Positions 9,796-18,368 of a stretch of DNA of 64,000 bases are shown in pieces. Both the position numbers and the translations under genes were made by a program. The stretch is from a virus. Below the pieces are notes generated by a model. The model did not search any database. It saw nothing but the letters and a program-made list of their open reading frames with translations, and was not told where the DNA came from. Every line of letters starts with the position of its first letter. Position 1 is the first letter of the stretch. The stretch is from the IMG/VR virus record IMGVR_UViG_3300024180_000005, positions 16,219 through 80,218 of that record. One strand, 5' to 3'.

Positions 9796-10159
9796 TTACA
9801 CCAATATATTTTTTATTTCTTCAGAACCATCAGGATTCGCTGAATGTATTACGTATTCTGGAAATTTAGTTTTTCTTTCATTACAATAACTTAACAGAAA
9901 CTTAACACAATCTAATCCAGTATAAACTCTTCCTTCATCGATATCAAACCATTCTTCAATAGGCAAACTTTCTTTAAGTTCTGCGACATCTGCCAAGTCA
10001 TAATCGAATGCAACTAAATCAGGAACACCATTTTCTTCTATCCATTTTATGAACTGACCATAAGAACGTACAATGGAATATACGAAAATCCGTTATTTGC
10101 CACATATATGTAGCACAATCTCTGGGAATTCGCCAATCGTCTAAAAATAACCTTTTCAT
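9796..10159 (-). pseudogene. frameshifted cyclic-phosphate-processing receiver-domain protein
   Basis: MKRLFLDDWRIP..IFH in one frame, IVRSY..VAFDYDL..TGLDC..IHSANPDG in another; break near 10073; intact paralog at 42179. Confidence 0.75.
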
Positions 10160-10194
10160 ATTACAAACATACGGACAAATTTTAATATATATAG

Positions 10195-10282
10195 TATAAT
10201 CCGACTTAGGACCGGATATAGATTACGCCCCACGGGTACTATATGAAAACCACTGAATTCGCTCCTCGGTGGTTTTCTTTTT
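10195..10282 (+). ncRNA. candidate structured RNA of unknown class ending in a terminator-like hairpin
   Basis: GC-rich island with three stem-loops directly after AATATATA (10184); no ORF. Confidence 0.45.
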
Positions 10283-12017
10283 AGAGAATAATTTCAAATT
10301 TAATCTGACCACAATCAAATATTTTATAGGCACCAAAATTATCCTCCATTATCTTTGATTCTGAAAGGTTTTTATCATATCCCATTTTTATCAATTTTGA
10401 TTTTTTCCATTTTTGTTTATTTGATCTTTTTTTATCAATTAAGTATGAGTAGTTTGGATAACTAGTACTTTTAACATAAAATCCCAATTTATAATATAAA
10501 TCACCTATTGACCAAGAAACATCAGAGAAGGATATAATCCTTTTTACATCATAATTTTTAATGAAATATTTCATTAGTCTGGATGCACCACCTATAACAT
10601 TAATATTTTTTTTATTACAAAACCTTGATAAGTTCCACTCATCACTCAACATGCTTTTCCTACCCTCGAAATGATCAAATGTCATTAAACTAACCAACTC
10701 ATCATCGTAATATAAACCAATTTTCTTAGAGGCTGATGTATAACCTTGTATATGATTCTCATCTAGAAATTCTCTATACTCACTTATATCTATAACCTCT
10801 TTTATAATACATTTTCTGGCATATATTTTATTTTTAGTTAGACCTAACCAATTTGTGATTTGTGATTTTATAATATCCTTTTTAAGATTCCAATCATCTT
10901 CCCAAATATGAATTATTCTAATTTCTCTTTCTTTAAAGTATTTGGTTTTATCAAGGTGGTAGTTTTTATCTTTAAATAATTCAGAGTGCCAATAAAGACC
11001 ATTAAATTCAAATCCTATTTTCAAATCAGGTAAATAAATATCTATTTCCAAACCATCCCTATAACTCTGAATTATTTCACCATCATATATACCTTTTATA
11101 TAATCTAAAATTTCAATTTCTTTAAATGATGATGTTTTATTGACCGGATAACAAATTGTACATTGTTTATTATCTAGTTTAAGTCTTGAGTGATATAAAT
11201 GTGAATTTGTTTCATAATAATGATCATTTTCTACACACTTAATTAGGTGTTTACCCTTACCTAAGTATTTAAAATAGTTTTTATCACTATTTAAATTTGT
11301 TTTTATACTAGATGATCTATATTTTTCAAAAATGAGTTCTCTATATTTTTCAGATTTAGTGAAATTATCAACACCATATTTTTCTAAATTGGTTTTCTTT
11401 ATTCTTTTGATAAAATCTTCGGTTTTAGTATAACTATCAAAACCGTATTTTTTATTTGAAGTTTCTTTTATTTTATTTTTAATAATTTCTGATTTGAATG
11501 GATTATCGACTCCGTAATTTTCAAATGTTGTTTTCACCTTTTTCTTTTTAACACTTTCAATCTTTGATATATTATCAACACCATATTTTTCAATACATGT
11601 TTCTTTGTATTTTAAATTTATTGATTCATAATCTAAATTTTCTTTTGATTTTGATATCTTATCTTTAACAGTATCTAGAATTGACGTATTTTCAACACCA
11701 TATTTTTCTAAATTATTTTTCTTATAATTATATAATTTTTTATCTTTTAAAATAGGATCATTATTTGAACAAGATTTTGAACAATATTCTCTATAACCTC
11801 TTTTATATGATAAAAATTTAACATCACCATCACAGACTTTACAAGTAGGTTTATTATTTTTAATTAAATATACTTTCTCTGAAATTGAATCACCTGGACA
11901 TTTATCTAAAAAAGAATATAAATTATTTAAGTTTTTAGATACCCATTGCTCTTTAACCGAATTTAATTCTATTTTAGATAAATATATTTCATATTCTTTT
12001 TTAACTATTTCATTCAT
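10281..12017 (-). CDS. Hef-like free-standing homing endonuclease (EKYGV repeats + Vsr-like PD-(D/E)XK + GNAT-like C-domain)
   Basis: Repeated NLEKYGVxN; EIDIYLP..FEFNGLYWHS..IIHIWEDDW; IYARKC..NHIQG..LSRFC..VIGGAS..LYYKLGF; start at 12017 by promoter spacing. Confidence 0.8.
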   Translation of the reverse strand: MNEIVKKEYEIYLSKIELNSVKEQWVSKNLNNLYSFLDKCPGDSISEKVYLIKNNKPTCKVCDGDVKFLSYKRGYREYCSKSCSNNDPILKDKKLYNYKKNNLEKYGVENTSILDTVKDKISKSKENLDYESINLKYKETCIEKYGVDNISKIESVKKKKVKTTFENYGVDNPFKSEIIKNKIKETSNKKYGFDSYTKTEDFIKRIKKTNLEKYGVDNFTKSEKYRELIFEKYRSSSIKTNLNSDKNYFKYLGKGKHLIKCVENDHYYETNSHLYHSRLKLDNKQCTICYPVNKTSSFKEIEILDYIKGIYDGEIIQSYRDGLEIDIYLPDLKIGFEFNGLYWHSELFKDKNYHLDKTKYFKEREIRIIHIWEDDWNLKKDIIKSQITNWLGLTKNKIYARKCIIKEVIDISEYREFLDENHIQGYTSASKKIGLYYDDELVSLMTFDHFEGRKSMLSDEWNLSRFCNKKNINVIGGASRLMKYFIKNYDVKRIISFSDVSWSIGDLYYKLGFYVKSTSYPNYSYLIDKKRSNKQKWKKSKLIKMGYDKNLSESKIMEDNFGAYKIFDCGQIKFEIIL

Positions 12018-12138
12018 ATTGTATATATAAGCCATAACATCTCTCCTATAAAAGAAAGCCAGTATTGTTTAATATAATTTAACATTAAAATAATAAACAA
12101 ATAAGTTAAAAAAATATATATAACTTAAATAAAAATTT

Positions 12139-13104
12139 ATGGAAAATACAGAGAACATATTAAAAGAAAACCCGGGAAGATTCGTTCTATTCCCTATTGA
12201 ACACAATGACATCTGGGAAATGTATAAAACTGCGGAACATTCATTTTGGACTGCAGAAGAGATTGATTTAGCACAGGACTTAACAGACTGGGATAATAAA
12301 CTTAATGATGATGAAAGACACTACATTAAAAATGTATTGGCATTTTTTGCAGCATCGGATGGAATCGTAAATGAGAATTTGGCAGAAAATTTTGTTAAAG
12401 AGGTTCAATATGCAGAAGCGAAAAGTTTTTATGGTTTCCAAATTGCAATGGAGAATGTTCATTCTGAGACTTACTCTCTTTTAATTGATACCTATATTAA
12501 AGATGAAAAAGAAAAGGATCATTTATTCAATGCAATCGATACTGTTCCTTCTGTTAAGAAGAAAGCTGATTGGGCACTTAAATGGATTGAATCAGAATCA
12601 TTTGCAGAGCGTTTAATCGCTTTCGCAGCGGTAGAAGGTATCTTCTTCTCAGGATCATTCTGTTCTATCTTCTGGTTGAAGAAAAGAGGTTTGATGCCAG
12701 GATTAGCTTTCTCAAATGAGTTGATTTCAAGAGATGAAGGTTTACATTGTGAGTTTGCTTGTTTATTACATAACAAACACATAGTAAATAAAGTTTCTCA
12801 AGAAAGAATTACTCAGATCATTACGGAAGCGGTTGAGATTGAAAAAGAGTTCGTAACAGATTCTTTACCGGTATCACTTATTGGTATGAATGCAAAGTTG
12901 ATGCAACAATACATTGAGTTCGTTGCCGACTATTGGTTAAGTGAGTTAGGTTGTCAAAAGGTTTATAACACCGAAAATCCATTCGATTTTATGGATATGC
13001 TTTCTTTACAAAATAAGAGCAATTTTTTTGAAAAAAGAGTTTCTGAATACCAAAAAACATCAGATAAGAATATCGACTTTGATAATATGGATGATGACTT
13101 TTAA
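12139..13104 (+). CDS. nrdB: ribonucleotide reductase class Ia beta subunit
   Basis: [59 protein letters not shown]. Confidence 0.97.
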   Translation: MENTENILKENPGRFVLFPIEHNDIWEMYKTAEHSFWTAEEIDLAQDLTDWDNKLNDDERHYIKNVLAFFAASDGIVNENLAENFVKEVQYAEAKSFYGFQIAMENVHSETYSLLIDTYIKDEKEKDHLFNAIDTVPSVKKKADWALKWIESESFAERLIAFAAVEGIFFSGSFCSIFWLKKRGLMPGLAFSNELISRDEGLHCEFACLLHNKHIVNKVSQERITQIITEAVEIEKEFVTDSLPVSLIGMNAKLMQQYIEFVADYWLSELGCQKVYNTENPFDFMDMLSLQNKSNFFEKRVSEYQKTSDKNIDFDNMDDDF

Positions 13105-13173
13105 AAACTTACCGTTTAAGTCAATTAAAACCTACTTTTAGTAGGTTTTTTTATATAAAAAAAAATATAAAAT

Positions 13174-14019
13174 ATGAATGTTCTTTCATTATTCGATGGT
13201 ATGTCTTGTGGACATATTGCATTAGACAAACTTGGAATCGAAGTTGATCAATACTTTGCATCTGAAATAGAAGATGCATCTATTAAAGTAACTATGAAAA
13301 ATTATCCAAATACTATACAACTTGGTGATGTTACTAAAGTAGAGGGTAAAGATTTACCAAAAATTGATTTATTGATTGGTGGAAGTCCTTGTCAATCATT
13401 TTCAAATGCAGGAAATGGTTCAGGATTTGATGGTAAGAGTGGATTATTTTATGAATGGGTAAGACTTTTAAAAGAAACTAATCCTAAATACTTTATGTTG
13501 GAAAATGTAAAGATGAAAAAAGAATGGCAAGATGTTATTACTGATATTTTAGGTGTAAAACCAATTCTTATCAATAGTAATATTTTTTCCGCTCAGAATC
13601 GTCAGAGACTTTATTGGACTAATATTCCAATGGATCCTTTACCCGATGATAAAGAGATTTATATCGAAGACATATTAGAGACCAACTTTGATTCAAAGTA
13701 TTGGTTACCTGAAAAGAATGCAGGATTGTTGAGTAAAAAAGTCGATATAACTGGTGCTCCCAATATTTGTTGTATAGATGTCTATAACAAGAGATATAAA
13801 AAAGATAGAAAAAGCCCTACTCTCACACACCCTTGTCATAACTCTCTAAGACTTTTACAAGATGGTAAATTCAGAAAGCTTACACCGATTGAATGTGAAA
13901 GACTTCAGAATGTACCGGATGGTTATACAGAAGGTGTTGCAGATACACATCGATATGCAATGCTTGGAAACGGCTGGACCGTGGATGTCATAGCACATAT
14001 ATTTAAAAACCTCGACTAA
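13174..14019 (+). CDS. dcm: DNA cytosine-C5 methyltransferase
   Basis: LSLFDG, GGSPCQ, LENV, QNRQRLYW, ERLQ, LGNGW. Confidence 0.95.
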   Translation: MNVLSLFDGMSCGHIALDKLGIEVDQYFASEIEDASIKVTMKNYPNTIQLGDVTKVEGKDLPKIDLLIGGSPCQSFSNAGNGSGFDGKSGLFYEWVRLLKETNPKYFMLENVKMKKEWQDVITDILGVKPILINSNIFSAQNRQRLYWTNIPMDPLPDDKEIYIEDILETNFDSKYWLPEKNAGLLSKKVDITGAPNICCIDVYNKRYKKDRKSPTLTHPCHNSLRLLQDGKFRKLTPIECERLQNVPDGYTEGVADTHRYAMLGNGWTVDVIAHIFKNLD

Positions 14020-14032
14020 ACGAGGTTTTTTT
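14006..14032 (+). terminator. intrinsic terminator
   Basis: AAAAACCTCG-ACTAAA-CGAGGTTTTTTT. Confidence 0.8.
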
Positions 14033-14057
14033 GTTTTTGAAAAATAATATATAACTT

Positions 14058-14348
14058 ATGAAGATATTAAGATTTGAAGATTTTGAAATGACGAATGAGG
14101 CATTACCAAGACAACAATCAGTAAATCAGTTAAAAAAAGTTATGAAGATGTCTGCTAAAACAGATATCGGAAATCGTATCTCTGATATGAACAAGCAAGG
14201 TGCTAATATACAATATATTCAAAACCCTATTGATTCGGGTATTGAGTCATATGAAGATTATGAAAAGCATAATAAAAAATTCGTTTCTTCTTGGAATTTA
14301 AAAGGTATGTTGAGTCCATTTAAAGTAAAGAAAGTTAAAGATATATAA
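14058..14348 (+). CDS. tagged hypothetical protein, first gene of tag array 1
   Basis: Starts MKILRFEDF; AATATATA-N4-ATG. Confidence 0.8.
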   Translation: MKILRFEDFEMTNEALPRQQSVNQLKKVMKMSAKTDIGNRISDMNKQGANIQYIQNPIDSGIESYEDYEKHNKKFVSSWNLKGMLSPFKVKKVKDI

Positions 14349-14362
14349 AAATAAAACGAGAT

Positions 14363-14683
14363 ATGAAATACTTAAAAAGGTTTAATGAGGCGATAAATGA
14401 AGAATATTTTTCACTGACTGATAAATATAATGAGTTGCCTGATGATATGATATTTCCAAGAACCGAAGGACATGATGAGTGGTTGAAGAATACACCAACC
14501 CATATCAAATTACTTTCGATGCTTTGTGGGTTATTAGATGCTGATTTAGTAGAAAGATTTCAACTCGATAATACTTTTTTTGTGGCTTTGAAAAATGAGT
14601 ATGAGTATACTGGATTTGAATTAACAAAAGATGAGGTTATAGAATCTTGTCATAAACTTAAAAAGGAAGGATTTTTAAAATAA
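14363..14683 (+). CDS. tagged hypothetical protein
   Basis: Starts MKYLKRFNEAINEE. Confidence 0.8.
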   Translation: MKYLKRFNEAINEEYFSLTDKYNELPDDMIFPRTEGHDEWLKNTPTHIKLLSMLCGLLDADLVERFQLDNTFFVALKNEYEYTGFELTKDEVIESCHKLKKEGFLK

Positions 14684-14686
14684 GAT

Positions 14687-15214
14687 ATGAAGAACATAAA
14701 GACATATGAAGGATTTTTTGACTTCTTTAAAAAGAAGAAGTCTGAAGACGACCAGATTGGAGAAGACTATCTAAAAAGACTTAAGAATTTAAAATCCTTT
14801 TTAGAAAAAGGAGGTGTATCTCCATATGAGATTGTTTCTAAACACGACATTGATGAGGATAGTAAATATCTTAGATATACTTTAACATTTGACGACGGTG
14901 CCATAAGAATTTGTAAGGTAGAGGCCGATAAAAAATATAGACAAGGATGGAATCTACAAACACAGAAAGAATTCATCGAACGAGGGTGTGTAAAGAAGAA
15001 CAATCATGTTCTTTATTTACTTGATATCAAAAGAGTAGAAGAATGTCTTTTAGCAGACTGGACTATATTGGAAGATATTTTCGAAATGGCAGAATGGTGC
15101 TTCAACAAAAACCAGAAAAACATTAGAATAAACAAGATAAAAGGTGATATGAACCCATCAGCGGATCTATTAGATGATGATATTTGGGGTGATACTCCTT
15201 TAGACAGAAGGTAA
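14687..15214 (+). CDS. tagged hypothetical protein
   Basis: Starts MKNIKTYEGF. Confidence 0.8.
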   Translation: MKNIKTYEGFFDFFKKKKSEDDQIGEDYLKRLKNLKSFLEKGGVSPYEIVSKHDIDEDSKYLRYTLTFDDGAIRICKVEADKKYRQGWNLQTQKEFIERGCVKKNNHVLYLLDIKRVEECLLADWTILEDIFEMAEWCFNKNQKNIRINKIKGDMNPSADLLDDDIWGDTPLDRR

Positions 15215-15217
15215 ACT

Positions 15218-16126
15218 ATGAAATACTTAAAACTATACGAACAATTTAGACTTATCTTGGAAAAATTAGATAGTCAAGGAAAAAAATTATTTTTACTATG
15301 TGGACCAAGTGCTACTGGTAAAACTTATTTAGCTGGTCAAATCGGAATTGAACACTGGACGAAATCAACAGATTTTAAAGGTAATTGTCTAATTACAACT
15401 GATGGTGAAGATGGTGAACAAGAAAAAATTACTGAGTTATTGGAAGCAAAAGGTTGTCCTAAGTTAGCAGAGATATCAAAATCTGATATAAACAATATTG
15501 GTGGAGTTTTTATGATTGCTTATGTAGGTGATGGTGTAGATAAAAAATGGTTTGACCAGTGGAAGAATGAAGCTGATGAAGAAGAAAAGAGTATTCTAAA
15601 TCCATTATTTGAGATTCTTACTAAAGAAAATACTTTTTGTCCACAAACGATTACACAACAAGATAGTAGAGTTTTAAAACTAGCACTAATTTCTTATTTA
15701 TGGGGACCTGGTACAATTTTATTTGATGATGTTAGACCAACAATCACTAAGTTTTATGATGACATAACAGAGTATATTATTTATACACCGATTACTACTT
15801 ATTTAAGTGATAATCTAGTGAAGAGAACTTCTGGTGAACCTGATATGAATATAAAAGGTAAGATTGAAAAGTTTTTTGAATGGTTTCAATTATCAGAAAC
15901 TCCTGATACTTCATTTCCTGATGATAAAAAATACACATTGGACGAGATTGAAGAATCTATGGAAACAATAAAAACAAAAATAACTATTGAAGATTTTATC
16001 ACTATTTCTAAAATAACTGATAAAATGAAAGAAGATGGTTTCTACTTTAAAAAGGGTGGAATTCAAGGAGATAAAGATAAAAGTCCTGTGTTTAATTCAA
16101 GAGGTGGTGATAGTTTATCACTATAA
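15218..16126 (+). CDS. tagged P-loop NTPase/kinase-like protein
   Basis: Starts MKYLKLYEQFRLILE; Walker A GPSATGKT; ILFDD. Confidence 0.75.
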   Translation: MKYLKLYEQFRLILEKLDSQGKKLFLLCGPSATGKTYLAGQIGIEHWTKSTDFKGNCLITTDGEDGEQEKITELLEAKGCPKLAEISKSDINNIGGVFMIAYVGDGVDKKWFDQWKNEADEEEKSILNPLFEILTKENTFCPQTITQQDSRVLKLALISYLWGPGTILFDDVRPTITKFYDDITEYIIYTPITTYLSDNLVKRTSGEPDMNIKGKIEKFFEWFQLSETPDTSFPDDKKYTLDEIEESMETIKTKITIEDFITISKITDKMKEDGFYFKKGGIQGDKDKSPVFNSRGGDSLSL

Positions 16127-16144
16127 AATTTTAATATATAAACT

Positions 16145-16432
16145 ATGAGATATTTAAAAACATTTGAAAACTACAATGATAAGACTTTGGCAAGGGAGAT
16201 TGCAGAAGACTTACTACCAAGATTACAAAAAATCAGAGATGAAAAAGGAATCTTTACTGCAAGTATGTTTGATAACTACATGGAAGAAAGAAAAGGTGAT
16301 CTTAAGTTAACTGATGAAGTTATGGCAGAACTTGTTGATTTGGGATTCCAATTCGATTATGATGATTCGGAAGATGAAGACTTTGACGATGATTTAGATG
16401 CAGATTCAATATTTAATTATAACTTAAATTGA
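16145..16432 (+). CDS. tagged acidic hypothetical protein
   Basis: Starts MRYLKTFEN; AATATATA-N4-ATG. Confidence 0.8.
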   Translation: MRYLKTFENYNDKTLAREIAEDLLPRLQKIRDEKGIFTASMFDNYMEERKGDLKLTDEVMAELVDLGFQFDYDDSEDEDFDDDLDADSIFNYNLN

Positions 16433-16496
16433 ATATTAAAAAAATAAATAAATAATATGAAATTACCTATATTATTAAACCATAAATGAAATACTT

Positions 16497-16526
16497 AAAA
16501 AAAGACTCATTTTGAGTCTTTTTTTT
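16497..16526. terminator. bidirectional terminator preceded by an empty tag stub (ATG 16486, MKYLKKDSF*)
   Basis: AAAAAAAGACTCA-TTT-TGAGTCTTTTTTTT. Confidence 0.8.
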
Positions 16527-16547
16527 ATATAAATTTTTGAACTCATA

Positions 16548-16685
16548 TTATTGTATAATTAGTTTCATAATTGAGTTATCTTCTATCCATGCACATTTAA
16601 CCATATTACCACCCATTTCTTCGTACATCATATCTTCCGGAAGTTCATTGAACTCTTTTTCTGTAAAGTTTTTAACTTTTTCCAT
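16548..16685 (-). CDS. small hypothetical protein (45 aa), absent from ORF track
   Basis: MEKVKNFTEKEFNELPEDMMYEEMGGNMVKCAWIEDNSIMKLIIQ; A-rich leader. Confidence 0.55.
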   Translation of the reverse strand: MEKVKNFTEKEFNELPEDMMYEEMGGNMVKCAWIEDNSIMKLIIQ

Positions 16686-16701
16686 TATTTATCGATTTTT
16701 A

Positions 16702-16872
16702 TTATTTTAATACCATATACTTAACACCATCAACAATCTTAGTAATATACTTACCAGTTTCTTTTTTCTCTACTTTCTTAGTAGCTCTTTTAGTAGCAGT
16801 TTTACCTTTAACACTTTTATCTGTTTCACCATATTTTTGTTTGATAAACTCTTTCATTGAAATTCTTTCCAT
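16702..16872 (-). CDS. small basic hypothetical protein (56 aa), absent from ORF track
   Basis: MERISMKEFIKQKYGETDK..KIVDGVKYMVLK; TATCTTTG promoter at 16899-16906. Confidence 0.65.
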   Translation of the reverse strand: MERISMKEFIKQKYGETDKSVKGKTATKRATKKVEKKETGKYITKIVDGVKYMVLK

Positions 16873-16977
16873 AATTATCTTATTTTTTTAGTGTTTAACA
16901 AAGATAAATAATTTATTCAAATACAAAACATATTTTAAAACCTATTATATAAAACTCATAAATAAAAAATAAATAAA

Positions 16978-17205
16978 ATGGAAAAACACGATTTACATCA
17001 CGAGTTTCCTCAACACGAGGAAAGAATTCATGAATTAAAGATTTCTAATAATCATTTCAAGAAGTTATTTGGCGAGTATCACCAAATAAATAAAGATATA
17101 CATAGACTTGAAGTTAGTGAAAACTTTACTGATGATGAACTAACAAAGATTAAACAAAAAAGACTTCATTTAAAAGATGAATTATTTAGTATTATAAACT
17201 CTTAA
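16978..17205 (+). CDS. YdcH/DUF465 family protein
   Basis: HEFP..IHELK..HFKKLF.EYH..IHRLE..KQKRLHLKDEL. Confidence 0.85.
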   Translation: MEKHDLHHEFPQHEERIHELKISNNHFKKLFGEYHQINKDIHRLEVSENFTDDELTKIKQKRLHLKDELFSIINS

Positions 17206-17309
17206 ATATAAGAAAAATTATTTAAATAACCTAAACTTTTATACAAAAATTTAATATAAATAATAACTAGACAAGGTGTTTAGTAAATAAAACAAATAAA
17301 AAGCAAATT

Positions 17310-18272
17310 ATGGCAAATGAAATGGATGACTTATTCAATGGAGGATTGGATAGTAAAATGGACTTCTTAAACGAAGCAAAATCGAGTAACAACAATGACG
17401 GAATCTACAGAGTAGATCTTAAATTGACAAAAGATGAGAAAAAGGGATGGAGATCTGTAGTAAGATTTTTACCTAACTTAACACAAGAGGGTAAGATAGG
17501 GCAATCTGCGATCGAGAAGATCTCGCATTACGTAGATATTAAATCTGCAAGAGAGTTAAGTGGATGGTTTGATTCTGCGAAAAACTTTAATGAGAAATGT
17601 CCTTTAACTGATTTATACTACCAGATGCAGAATTCTAAAAATGCAGTTTTGATGGAGAAATCAAAACAGTTAAAGTATTCTAAAAAATACTACTCTTATG
17701 TTTTAGTATTAGAAGATGAACAACAACCAGAATTAGTTGGTAAGATTATGGTTTTCCAGTACGGTAAAACTATTAAAGATAAAATCATGGCTGAGAAAAA
17801 CGGAGAAATATCTGGAGTTCCTTGTAATGTTTTTGACTTATCAGCTGGAAAGGATTTCGTTCTTGTTGTTAAGAAAATTCAAACTGGTGATGAAACATAC
17901 CCTGATTACAAAATGAGTATGTTTAAAGGAGAAACAACATCTTTACCTATTTACAAAAATGGTATTTTCAAAAATGCACCTTTAGAAGATGGTAAAATCG
18001 CACCGAATGCACAAGCGGTTGTTAAAAATTTCTTATTAGAAAGAAGTGTTGACTTGGAAGATTTCTCACCAAAAAGATTGACTGAGGAGCAACAAGTTAA
18101 AATTACTGAGATTTCAAACTTTTTAACTGGTAAAGCAAGTTCTTCATTTAGTGGATCTAAAGAGTCTAAACCATCATCAGAAGATTTTTCTTTTGAGGAA
18201 AACTTTTCTGAGAAAGCAACTGCAACATCTACAACCTCTACAGAAGAGGATGATTTCTTTGCAGACCTTTAA
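17310..18272 (+). CDS. gp32: single-stranded DNA-binding protein, T4 gp32-like
   Basis: VRFLP, YYSYVLVLED..PE.VGK..FQYGKTIKDKI, FDL..GKDF, YPDY..S.F, acidic tail DDFFADL. Confidence 0.9.
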   Translation: MANEMDDLFNGGLDSKMDFLNEAKSSNNNDGIYRVDLKLTKDEKKGWRSVVRFLPNLTQEGKIGQSAIEKISHYVDIKSARELSGWFDSAKNFNEKCPLTDLYYQMQNSKNAVLMEKSKQLKYSKKYYSYVLVLEDEQQPELVGKIMVFQYGKTIKDKIMAEKNGEISGVPCNVFDLSAGKDFVLVVKKIQTGDETYPDYKMSMFKGETTSLPIYKNGIFKNAPLEDGKIAPNAQAVVKNFLLERSVDLEDFSPKRLTEEQQVKITEISNFLTGKASSSFSGSKESKPSSEDFSFEENFSEKATATSTTSTEEDDFFADL

Positions 18273-18286
18273 TTTTCATTTGAAAC

Positions 18287-18326
18287 ACAAAAAAAAACTC
18301 TAATTTTCATTAGAGTTTTTTTTTGT
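18287..18326 (+). terminator. intrinsic terminator
   Basis: ACAAAAAAAAAACTCTAAT-TTTC-ATTAGAGTTTTTTTTGT. Confidence 0.75.
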
Positions 18327-18368
18327 TTCAAATATATAACAGGGTATACCACTTTTAATATATAAAAT

